Under the pieces are notes generated by a model. That model was not told the origin of the DNA. It was given only the letters and a program-made list of their open reading frames with translations, and did no database searches. Positions 16,401-30,691 of a DNA stretch of 64,000 nt are shown here, piece by piece. The stretch is from positions 170,265 through 234,264 of the forward strand of contig NW_005434610.1 of assembly GCF_000315625.1 (NCBI RefSeq). The letters are read 5' to 3'. The DNA is from Guillardia theta CCMP2712 (Eukaryota > Protista > Cryptophyta). How positions within the stretch are numbered: position 1 is the first letter of the stretch; every line of letters begins with the position of its first letter. A program made the position numbers and the translations under genes.

Positions 16401-17687
16401 CATTGTACAGCTTCAATACAGCCCGCCGTTAGCGCCTGATGGAATCATCCTCGTCGAAGAGCAGCAGGCTTTGCTATTCGAATTCTTCGAGCATGACAAT
16501 CCTTCGGATTACGTCAAGGACTTAACGATCAAAGAGATCAGCCATTACATGAAGAATCTGTTTGTAGCCCTACGATCCGTCCATTCCCTCGGGATCATAC
16601 ATCGAGATGTGAAGCTCAACAACTTTCTCTACGACAGGAAGAACAAGAAGTACTTGCTGGTAGACTTCGGGCTGGCAGAGAAGAAAATCCCCAAGGGCAC
16701 TATGGGTGCTTCAAGGCCAAAAGAACAGGTTCAGCCCTCTGGCCGCAGGGCGACGTCAGAAACGGCGAGTAAGAGCGGCCATCCGACGAAGAGCAACGGC
16801 TACATCCTGAGCTCTGACGTCTCGACCGCGAGCTCTCGCACCTCTCGGCCTCAGAAGGAGAAGGAGAGGATAGAGATGGCGCAGCAGATGGCCAAGAGGC
16901 GCATGATGAGCGGCAGGAAGACCAAGGACGCGCAGACGGTGAGCAGCTCCAGAGTCAAGCTCGAACTCCCCGCCAACCGCGGAGGGACTCGAGGGTACAG
17001 AGCTCCTGAGGTCGTGATGGGCAGTCAGCACCAGACGACGGCAGTCGACGTGTGGAGCGCTGGAGTGATTCTGCTGAACCTGCTGTGCCGCAAGACCCAC
17101 TTCCAGTGGTTTCGGCATGACAATGACAACCTGGCGACCATGGAGATCTACGGGTAAGCGCTGCCTTGACAGTCTGTTGTTGGGTAGCCTGACTGTGTTG
17201 TAGTCTTCGGCTGTATATTAAGACCATGGACGCTGTGTGGAGGCAGAATTATGGGTATACGGGTCAGTACAGGGACAAGATGAGGGACGTGATCAAAGAT
17301 TTCAACCTCGACGTTGAGGTGATCCCGCTGTAGTTGTTGATGCTTGTTGAGTTGTTGATGTGCCTGATGATGATAGAGATGACGACGAGATTGCAATAGT
17401 TAGTGGAGGAGGAGGAGGAGGAGGAGGAGGAGGAGGAGGTAGCTAACATCGTCTTCTAGTTCGGAGAGTTCGAACAGTATTTTAACTACGCTCGCGGCTT
17501 GAAGCAGACTTGGCGAACCTTATGCAGTGCCTTGAGCACAGAAGAAGGATGCAAGGACTGGCTGGAGGTGGAGGAGAAGCATCCCATGTGGGACTTTCTC
17601 AACCGCTGCCTCGACATCGACCCCCGTACGAGGATCACAGCACAAGACGCGCTGAAGCATCCCTTCCTTACTGGTGCTATGAAGTAA
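13495..17687 (+). CDS. CDC7: CDC7-like Ser/Thr kinase with a ~890-aa N-terminal extension
   Basis: GSGTFGEVY, VAIK, IHRDVKLNNFLY, LVDFGLA, long insert, ANRGGTRGYRAPEV, QTTAVDVWSAGVI (CDC7 signature); small 3' exons end RITAQDALKHPFL...* at 17687. Confidence 0.85.
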
Positions 17688-18176
17688 ACCATGAAGTATG
17701 TCTGTAGCTTCTCCTCCTGCTCCTCTGCCATCCCAATTCCTCCTCCCTATTCTCACTCTGCTCTTCACGCTAAAACTCCTGTGACTATACAACTATTTCT
17801 TCTACCCGCTTACCCACCTCCTCTAACCCTTCCCTCCTGGTCCTCTTTCCTTGTCCTCCCTCCTTTTCCTCTCTCCTCCTCTCTTCTCCTCCTCCTCCTC
17901 ACTACTCTCCTACACCATTCCTTTCAGCAGCATGGCGGCATTCAAACGCTCATCGACGCCACCGATTTTCAACAGCCGATCACACAGCAACGAGATGCGT
18001 CAGGCCAGCCCCTCCAATCCTGTTCCTCCCGATTCCCTGCCCGATTCCTGGCCCCCATTTGCCTCAGCATTTGCGTCCCTCCTCCTCCTCCCTCCACCGC
18101 TTAGGCTATGTCCTTCGACTGCACCTCATCAGATTAAGGTGCTCACGCCACACTGCCAAGTTGAGATCGTCTGCAT

Positions 18177-18968
18177 NNNNNNNNNNNNNNNNNNNNNNNN
18201 NNNNNNNNNNNNNNNNNNNNNNNNNNNNNNNNNNNNNNNNNNNNNNNNNNNNNNNNNNNNNNNNNNNNNNNNNNNNNNNNNNNNNNNNNNNNNNNNNNNN
18301 NNNNNNNNNNNNNNNNNNNNNNNNNNNNNNNNNNNNNNNNNNNNNNNNNNNNNNNNNNNNNNNNNNNNNNNNNNNNNNNNNNNNNNNNNNNNNNNNNNNN
18401 NNNNNNNNNNNNNNNNNNNNNNNNNNNNNNNNNNNNNNNNNNNNNNNNNNNNNNNNNNNNNNNNNNNNNNNNNNNNNNNNNNNNNNNNNNNNNNNNNNNN
18501 NNNNNNNNNNNNNNNNNNNNNNNNNNNNNNNNNNNNNNNNNNNNNNNNNNNNNNNNNNNNNNNNNNNNNNNNNNNNNNNNNNNNNNNNNNNNNNNNNNNN
18601 NNNNNNNNNNNNNNNNNNNNNNNNNNNNNNNNNNNNNNNNNNNNNNNNNNNNNNNNNNNNNNNNNNNNNNNNNNNNNNNNNNNNNNNNNNNNNNNNNNNN
18701 NNNNNNNNNNNNNNNNNNNNNNNNNNNNNNNNNNNNNNNNNNNNNNNNNNNNNNNNNNNNNNNNNNNNNNNNNNNNNNNNNNNNNNNNNNNNNNNNNNNN
18801 NNNNNNNNNNNNNNNNNNNNNNNNNNNNNNNNNNNNNNNNNNNNNNNNNNNNNNNNNNNNNNNNNNNNNNNNNNNNNNNNNNNNNNNNNNNNNNNNNNNN
18901 NNNNNNNNNNNNNNNNNNNNNNNNNNNNNNNNNNNNNNNNNNNNNNNNNNNNNNNNNNNNNNNNNNNN
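18177..18968. other. Assembly gap (N run); further gaps at 22269-22368, 41671-41770, 48052-48151
   Basis: Runs of n. Confidence 1.
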
Positions 18969-19064
18969 CCTCACTCAGTCTCGTTATCATTCACGGATCC
19001 CCTCCTCCTCTCTCTCTCCCTCCTCTCCCTCTTCTGTCTGTTACCTTCCCTCCTTCTTCACTCC

Positions 19065-21949
<2,885 letters not shown>

Positions 21950-21969
<20 letters not shown>

Positions 21970-22089
21970 CGACGAGCAGGGGGATCATCCCTCCATGGAG
22001 TTGTCTTGAGCAGAGATGACACAAGCAGAAATGTTGATGAGATGCCTGCAGACCATCATCACCACCATCATCACTATCACCATCATCAT

Positions 22090-22121
<32 letters not shown>

Positions 22122-23064
22122 AACCCCCGCCCCCTCATCGACTACTCACCTCGCTGTCATCCCCTCGTTGTTGTACGAGTCCAGGCATCCTCCATGTTGC
22201 ATCAGAAATTCAAGTACCTGACACAAAAATGAACGCCCCCTTCCTCCCTCTCCTCCCATCCTCCTCCCNNNNNNNNNNNNNNNNNNNNNNNNNNNNNNNN
22301 NNNNNNNNNNNNNNNNNNNNNNNNNNNNNNNNNNNNNNNNNNNNNNNNNNNNNNNNNNNNNNNNNNNNTCTCCCTCCCTCCCTTCCCCTCCAATCCCTCC
22401 TGCCCTCACTCCGTCTCTCCCCTCCTCCATCCCGTTCACTCACCGTTGCGGAGGCCAGGTGCAGTGGAGTATGCAGTAGGGCATCGCGCGCGTTCACATC
22501 GGCCCCGCTGCTCACCGCTCTCTCCACCTCACTCAGATTCTCCGCTATCACCGCAGCCACCAGTTGCTTGTTCACATGCTTCTTCCCCTTCTCTCCTCCT
22601 CCTCCTCCTCCTCCTCCTGAGCCTCCCTGCTGCAGGCACCCTCTAACATGGAGCTGCTCGCACGAGCTCCTTGACAGGTGCACCGCTGCCCTCTGCTGCC
22701 ATACTGCTACAGGAGCAGGCACACACACAGTCTCTTCCTCCTCCTCCGCGGGCTTCGCCGGTGTGACTCGCCTCTTCCCTGTAGAATCGTCTCAGAGCCA
22801 CATCGCTTTCTCGGAGGAGGAAGGGGATAGCAGGGGGATAGGATAAGGGCCAAGAAGAGGGCGGAGTGCAGAACGACAGGTGAGCGGCGAGGGGAAGGGG
22901 AAGGGAGAAGGGGACAAGGAGGGGGGGGAGAAAGGGAAGAGGAGGGAGGAAGAGTGTTGAAAACTCTACCTACTCTCCCGTTAGCAGGACGATGAGCTGC
23001 TCTGTCTCGCGTGTCATTCTCAATTTTCTTTTCACCTGGCATCTCTTTCAGCAAAGAAAATCAC

Positions 23065-23095
<31 letters not shown>

Positions 23096-24420
23096 TTTGC
23101 TCCTCTCCTATGCTCACCATTTTCACCCTCTCCTCGCAGATTGCTGCGCAGCGATCGACCAGCATTTGCCTCCTTCATCAAGGCATCCTTCTCAAACACC
23201 AGCGCGCTATCGCTCTTCCTCTCCTTCCTCTTCTCCTTCAGCTCGTGCTGCTGCTGCGGCTCCTCCTCCTTCTCCTGCTTCTCCTCCTGCTTCTCCTCCT
23301 GCTTCTCCTCCTGCTTCTCCTCCTTCACATTCCGCAGGTTCTTCAAGTGGCCCCTCTTGAAGCAGAACAGCAGGCCCTTGCTCCGATGGAAACATGTCGA
23401 GCAGCACTTTGGGGGGTTTCCCTCCTGCGTGAGGAACAGATGCCCCTCCTCAAGGCAGTGCTCCAGCTTCAAACTCAACGCGCTGCACTTCTTGCACATG
23501 CTCAGGGAGACCTTGCCGCCCTTGGAGGCTGCAGGTGTGTCCTCTGCTCCTCCTGCTGCTGGGGCTGCTGCTGGGGCTGCTTCTGCTGGTGTAACAGCTG
23601 CCGCCGTCGCCGCTTCCGTTGCTGCTGCTGCTGTTGCTGCTGCTGTTGCTGTTGCTGCTGCTGCTGCCGCCGCCGCCGCCGCCTGCTGGCGTTCCTCTTT
23701 GACTGCCTGGTGCCGCTCCTCCTTGGCAGCCTCAGCATCCGCAGCCTTAGCTCGCTTGTTGCTGGGGGGATCACGAGGGAGCGGAGAGGGCATGCTCCCA
23801 AGGCTCTTGCTCCGCTTCCCAGTCGCTGACTTGGGAGCAGGAGAGTCTTTGGCGGAAGCCTGCTGGGCGTTGGCCTCTTCTTCCCTCTCCCTGCTGAGAA
23901 AGTGTGAGAGGAGGAGGCGGAGGAGAAGGAGGCGGAGGAGGAGGAAGAGGAGGAGGGAGAAGGGGAAAGGAAAGAGGAAACGGCTGAGGCGGAGGATTAG
24001 GATACCTTGTGCTTGCATTCTCGACCTCAACCTGGCAGGAAGGGTCACCCAACAGCACAAGGGGCGAACGAATTGGCGCAGACCTTCTCGGGATTGTAAA
24101 ACTCAGTCTGCTTCCTCTCCCTGCCAATAGTGTATCACAACATATCCATGTTGCCTTGTAATGACTGCACCTCCTCTGCCGCTCGAAGGGGATCACCAGC
24201 TCCTGATCATAGATCCCTTGACCTTGGCCCTTCCCCTTGACCTCGGCAGTAGCTCCACCGTCTCCTTGGTCGTTCGGCTGGAGGGAGGAATAGGACGAGG
24301 ACGAGGACGACGAGAAAGAGGAGGAGGAGGAGGAAGGAGAAGATGGAGGAGAAGGTGAATTTCGGCATCACAGCTCAAGCACAGTACCTTCTTCTGCTTC
24401 TTTCCGGCAGGCGGGGCCAT
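21950..24420 (-). CDS. Ankyrin-repeat protein with basic N-terminus and paired Cys/His motifs, multi-exon
   Basis: MAPPAGKKQKK start; AVSSGADVNARDALLHTPLHLA and LEFLMQHGGCLDSYNNEGMTA ankyrin repeats; 3' end uncertain. Confidence 0.7.
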
Positions 24421-25603
24421 CGTGCGCACCAAGTCCCCCTCGACTCTCCCCCTGCAGTCAAAGTAGACGGGTCAGCTGATAAGGTCCCCTGCTGCCCGGA
24501 GGATCGACCATGACGATTCCTCTGTTGTCCTTGTCACGTTACTCTTGCCTGGATCCTGTTGCTGTCTCCTCTTCCTCACATCTTCATGCTCCCTGCTTTC
24601 TTGTTCCCAACTACCTTGTTCCTTCCTCCTGCCATGTTGTCTCCCTAGCCTTTGCTTTTAGCTTCTCTCCTCTTCCGCCGGCTGCACCGTCATTCGTCCT
24701 ACTTGCTTTGCTTCCTTTCCCCCCTTCACAATCACTTTCCTTTCACTGCTCTTGCATTCCTCTCATCGCTCTCTGTCCATTCGGCAAGCCTCCTCTGTCC
24801 TGCCCTTCTCGCCAGCTCCTCTAATCGCCACTCCTCTCCTGTTGTCTGCCCTCTGCTCTGCTCTGCTCGTCACATCACAGGCGCTCTTCTGTCTCCAGTA
24901 CGACTTCCTCTCATCTCATCTTCGACTTGTCTCCTCCCTCCTCTCTCCTCTCCTCCCTGCCCTCCCTCCCGTCATCACCAACACCATGTTTGCATGTTTC
25001 GGCTTTCTTCCGCCAATCCGGGGGTAGGGGTCCTTTCTTACAAAAATCGAATACAGATGGAGGGGTACTTTTACTCATGAAAGTGGGTGGGGTATGCTAA
25101 TGGTCATATTGAAGGGGTGGGCGGGCATTTGGAAGTTGGATAGGAAAATGCAGATCATAACATGGCGAGGAGGGAGAAGCGAAAGATTAGGAGGAAGACT
25201 AAGCAGAGGAAGAGGAAGAAAGAAAGGATGGGAGGAGGAGGAGGAGGAGGAGGAGGAGGAAATGAAGTGGGATGAGTATGGGTGGGAACAGCGGAGGATG
25301 AAGGAGGGCGAGTACAGAAGAGGGAAGGGGGGAGCGGTAGGTTGTAGTCAGGTCAAGAACTGATAGGATAGCACAGAAGCAAGATCATCATGGTTCGGAC
25401 CTTGGAGGGAAGCAAAGACAAGATGCAGGACAACTTGCTTTGAAGCTTGGTAGATAGAGGAGACGTAACGGGAGAGTATACGATTCAGTGCAACGACAGC
25501 GTAGAGGTCGGAGTTAGTGCGTTGCCAGGGGCTCGCATGTATCAATGTGCATCCAACTTAGCGTCTCGGCAGCAGAGTCGCATGCTCTCGAGGGACATCC
25601 CAC

Positions 25604-28443
25604 ATGGTTGGAGCTGAACGTGTGATGTGCAGTGCATGTTTCCAGGAGCATGAGGGTATGGAGCCGTCAAACAGAGCTCCCAGCACCACAGGCAAGTCCA
25701 TCGAGGACTACTACGAGATAGGAAGCAGGTTGACCCAGGAGTCAGTGGGTGCGAATGCAGAGGTCCTGAGGGCGGTGAGGAGGTCGGACGGCAAACATTT
25801 CGCTGTCAAAGTCCTGCGTGTCGGGCACACCAGGGAGGACAGGTCGCAGATCCGAGCGCTGCAGTCGGTGAACCATGTCGGGATCATCAAGCTGGAAGAC
25901 TGGTTCGAGACCTCGACGTCTCTCTACCTGGTCATGGAGCTCGCTCTCGGCGGCGAGCTCTTCACGAGGATCCAGCACAGGGGGAGGCTCAGTGAGCGGG
26001 AGGCTGCGGCAGTGGTCAAGCAGATGCTCGAGGCGATAGGCCACATGCACTCGAGGGGGTTGGTACACTGCGACTTGAAGCCCGAGAACATCCTCTATGC
26101 CGACATGTCGGAGAACAGCCCCCTCAAGATCGCCGACTTCGGCTTCGCCCAGTTCTTGCCGGGGAGGCTGGAGAAGCTGAAGCAGACCCTGGGCGGGACT
26201 CCGAGCTACACGGCTCCTGAGATTCTGGTGGGCCAGCCGTATGACGGGAAAGTGGACATGTGGAGCCTGGGGGTCATCCTGTACATCCTCCTCAGCGGGA
26301 TCAAACCTTTTAAGGTCTCCGGGCGCACTCCCGAGGAGCTCCGGGCCGCCGTGAGCACCGTGCTGAGAGGGGAGTACACGTTTGTGGAGCCTCACTTCAC
26401 CAATGTATCAGCTGAGGCCAAGGATCTCATCGCAAGGCTGCTGGTCGTGGACCCGAAGCAGAGGCTGAGCTGGGATCAGGCGCTGGCCCACCAGTGGATC
26501 ACCGGGCTGGCTCAAGACACGCCTCTCGGGGCCCAGTACATCGAGGAGTTGTCGCGATTCAACCAGGGAAGAGGCCTGTCCTCGCACGCGCTCGCCGGGA
26601 TGGTTTCCAGGATCTCTCAGCCTGACGCCATCGCTGCGATGAGCAGCGCAGACCCGGCGAGCCTGGCGTGCATCTTGCAGGAGGGAAGCATACAGCCGCT
26701 GATCTCGCTGTCCTACTCAAAGTCTGCCGACGACTGCAAGAACGCCTGCAACGCCATGGCGAACCTTGCTCTCAAGGAGGAGTTCCAGTTTAAGATCGTG
26801 TCGGAGGGAGGGATCCGCCGTCTCAATGAGATGGCGTTCGAGGCCGCCACCAACGAGATCAAGTTCTTCGTCGCCCTCGCCATGGCGCGCATCGCCAAGA
26901 ATGCCCAGCTCCGGCTGGATATGGTGCTGGCCGAGGAGGGCTCGCTCTACAAGACGCATGAGGCTCTGATCCGCCTCGCTCTGCCCCCACCTCAGAACTC
27001 AGAGAGGGTACAGACGCAGGCAGCAGAAGCTCTGGGGCTGCTGCTCTTAGAGGAAAACCTTCACTGCACTCTCGTGCACGCCGGGGTCCTCCCTGTGATC
27101 ATGCGGCAGGCCAATCCTTCCCAACAGTCCGACTTCCGTCGCACAGCCCTGCACGCCTTGAGAGGGCTTTCTATCGCGTCGTTGAGGAACCAAGCGTCAG
27201 GTTGCGTCCAGATTTCCCAGCTGGAGAGCGAAGTCCGCAAGTTGGCCGAGATGGCACAGGCAGACGCTGCTCTGCGCTTAGGACTCGCATGCTTCGGCCT
27301 CATGTTGAAGAAGGAGAAGATCGACGCCACTTGGTCGCTTGCTAGCCCCACCTACTCCACGATGATCGAGAGAATCACTTTCAGTGATGACTCGAAGGTT
27401 CGCGCCGGGCTGAAACTTCCCAAACTGGATCCCATAGATCCGCTAGAGGTCCATGAGCACCATGTTCAACCTCATTCCCACCATTCGTCGTCTCGGTAAT
27501 CGCATGACTCGCCCTGGCATGCCCGCTGACGTGTTTCTGCCTGCAGGAAGGAGTCGGAGGTAAAGCTCTCCGTGCTAGCTCGCTGCCAATCTGCCGCCTT
27601 GACTTTGAGCTCTTTAGAGGAGAGAAGAGGAGGAGTTTGCATCGCTAGGAGGAGCTGAGAACGGGGGGTTGGAAGAGGAGATTCAGTCATGCATACAGCA
27701 CCTCCTGGAGGCGCAGAAACTGCTGCACCTGGTGACTGGGAGGTCAGTTTCCTTTGTGGTTCCTCCTTGCCTCCGGGTGAGAATGGCTCCAGGTCTCCTC
27801 CGAGGACTTGGCTGGAGGACTGCGACTCCTTGGAGGTCTGGGGGGAGGGAGGCGTCGAGGGACAGTAAGCCCTTATCTCCTAGGCTCACTCGGATCCCTT
27901 CAACCCTCCGCTCCGCGAACCTCCGCAAGGTCAGTCAGTGGTGTCCGAAGGCAGAGAGTTGGTAGATGACGAGATCGCAGACGAGATTCAGCTGAGCGAG
28001 CCCTACTACCAGGCGGTGAGGAAGCAGCGCAAGAGCTCAGTGCGGCTCTGACGGATGGCAGGATGTGCTGGAGGTAGAGGAGGGAGAGGAGAACTATCTG
28101 GTGCAGCCATCGGAGGAGGATCGAGCTCTGCTGGACTCGGTGAACAAAGGGGAGAGGAGAAAGAGGCGTCTGAGCTCTCTGTAGATGCTGAAGCAGCTGG
28201 CGCTGGATAGAGGGATCATTGCCGACGTACTCTCGAGGGCAAAGGGGTGATACCCCCGTCCCTTGACCTTCCAGCTGGGATGTTGATAGTTCTTTCAGAG
28301 CTCGGGGAGCAGACAAGGCTCAGAAGCTGATCCATGCGATCGGAGACACCATCCAACTGATAGCAGGTGATGGTTGATGCTGCCTTACAAGTGCCATATC
28401 TGACGCCAGGCGGCTTTCAGACACTCTTGGAATTCACTACTAA
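25604..28443 (+). CDS. CaMK-group Ser/Thr kinase fused to armadillo-like repeats
   Basis: FAVK, LYLVMELALGGELF, VHCDLKPENILY, IADFGFA, GTPSYTAPE, VDMWSLGVILY; then ARM-like EGSIQPLISL, ACNAMANLA, AGVLPVIM; several small 3' exons. Confidence 0.88.
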
Positions 28444-28489
28444 GAAATTCATTTTTCCTTTTCTTTGTACATAAAGTTCAAAGCAGTTC

Positions 28490-29152
28490 ACATCGATGAA
28501 CTTGAATCCTCGGCCATTGGATTGCGAGCGTCACAGGAGCTCAACCTCCGTTCATGTCTGCTTCTAGCAAGACTCTCGGGAGGCAATTTTATCTACCGTA
28601 GAGGACTTGGCGTTCACCTACATCATATCTGATGAGACTTCTTTCAACAAAACACAACGTTTTCACCGATGTATAGATATAAGTGTCTGAAGTCTGAATC
28701 CTGCCCTCGTCTTCGTACTTGTTCAGATCTTCCCCGAATGAATTCCGCGTTTCTACCACGTTGGCGAGCCAGTTTGCAACTGTACAAGGTTGTCACAATC
28801 TCGTTCAATCATCCCAGTAAATTCTTTTGAGCAAAAACGTGTTTTCTTTGTCTAACATTCAATGCTGCAAGAATACAACACTTGAATTCTTTAGATTTTT
28901 GACTGTCCACCTACCTACCTGCCTCTCTGCATCCTACCCTGTCCCCTCCCTGACCCTCTGTCTCACTCACCCCCTGTCTCTCCTCTCCTCCGAGGACCTC
29001 CTTCGCTCCCTCTCATCGATGTATCCTGTTTCCAGCCTCTCTCCTCTCTCCCTTCTCCTCCTCTTCCTCTCCCCTCCCCTCCTTGTCTTACCCAAAGGAG
29101 CTGCAACAGCTCCCACCACGGCGATCGCCGGCACAATCAGCGGGATGGGCAT
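28490..29152 (-). CDS. Small hypothetical protein with hydrophobic N-terminus
   Basis: ATG 29152 MPIPLIVPAIAVVGAVAAPL, GTAAG donor at 29091, acceptor at 28780 gives VANWLANVVETRNSFGEDLNKYEDEG; 3' end uncertain. Confidence 0.4.
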
Positions 29153-29450
29153 CTCCGCCGCCTCCTCGACTCAGATTGACCTTTTTCTTTCATCATAATT
29201 ACTCAATAAATTTTATTGAATGTTTTCATAAAAACTTTGTAAGATAGAAATAAGTCAATATTTTATGTACCAGCCTCGTAATAAACAGAGAGAGCCAATG
29301 AAGTTGAATTTAAGTTGAGTAATAAATTGCTCTTGTTTGACTTTTTTTTCGACAACCGGCGTCTCCTTCACATGCTAGGGGGGAAGGGAGGGAGGGGAGA
29401 GGAGGAGAGGAGGGAGGAAGAAAGTGGAGAGAGAAGAAGGGAGGGTGGAA

Positions 29451-29570
29451 GAGAGAGCAGGAGAGAGCAGGAGAGAGCAGGAGAGAGCAGGAGAGAGCAG
29501 GAGAGAGCAGGAGAGAGCAGGAGAGAGCAGGAGAGAGCAGGAGAGAGCAGGAGAGAGCAGGAGAGAGCAG
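29451..29570 (+). repeat. 10-bp tandem repeat (GAGAGAGCAG)n
   Basis: About 12 direct copies. Confidence 0.95.
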
Positions 29571-29820
29571 GAGACAACAGGGACAACAGGAGACAACAGG
29601 AGAGTGAGACGAAAGTAGAGTGAGTTCAAAACAATCCCATCCCAGGATTTCATCGAATATAAGTGAATAGGAGGATACGTTAGCAATTGGAGAGTAGAAG
29701 TCTGGAGTTGATCGGAGGTTGAAGCAGAATATTTAAGCCGAATGAAGGAGAACGAAGCAGAAATCTTTCTTTCGTCTTCACTTTGATGATTTGACAGTCA
29801 ACAGGAACATTCGCTTCAGA

Positions 29821-30691
29821 ATGGCTGGCATGAGCTTCAGTGCTGCCATGCAGTTTGCCTCATTCTTGGCGTTCTGCCTCTTCCTGTGTTCTGCTCCTGC
29901 TGCTGGCTTGTCACAGTTCGACCCGGCGAGCTGCAACCAGACGAATCCTTGCTGGTGTGTGCGACGTCACAGCTGTTCCCTCCTCACCCGTGTGCACAGC
30001 ACGTCAGCAGATGTTGTGACAGCTCTGATAGGATCGGCTTCAAAAAGCTTCTGCAAGATAGAGTGAGATCTTATCAGCTCTCTTCTCGTCCCTTGTCATG
30101 CACCCTCACCACATCAACAGGTATCCAGTCAGGAACGAAGAGAATTGGGACATCGAGCTGGTCAGGAAGAAGAACAGAGCGGCGATTAGCAAGCTAGCCG
30201 ATCTCGAGGCGCTGGGATGCAGTCATGAACCATGCAAAGGTTGGGCTGGCACTCGTGCCAACAAGTCAGGGGCAGATGCTCATGGTGTTGTATAGGGTAT
30301 GTGTGTGCTGAACAGTTCCCCCGGTGCTTCTACGTGGATGAAAAGTCACAGGCAGTCGGCTGAGTTGCTTTCGTCCACATGACCCGTTGACGTCAGGGTG
30401 AGTTTCGTTTCGAGACTTGTCGAGAGACGTGCCAGGACTGCTACAGCACGTGCAAGGTCGACACGAGGTTGGAAACGCCGGATCCCGTCCGATCTCGTTT
30501 GACATGCCTGTCAGCGCTCAATGTCTGGGGAACCCGTCGCAGTACGAGATCGCCTGCAGCTCGGAGAGCAACATGCTGATATGGCGAGTATTTCCCGATG
30601 CTTCATGCTGGGCATGAGTGACTGTGCCTGCAGGTCAACGCTGAGTTTCACAAGCGCGATACTCCTCTGCTTGCTGCTTGCAACATACTAA
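29821..30691 (+). CDS. Small Cys-rich secreted, possibly GPI-anchored protein, multi-exon
   Basis: Signal peptide FASFLAFCLFLCSAPAAG, Cys-rich exons, hydrophobic tail STLSFTSAILLCLLLATY*. Confidence 0.55.

Noticed and set aside
23141-24130. 329-aa plus-strand ORF
   Set aside because: Antisense shadow of the low-complexity ankyrin gene exon
29451-29570. Possible CRISPR or telomeric array
   Set aside because: Simple 10-mer tandem with no spacers; interstitial
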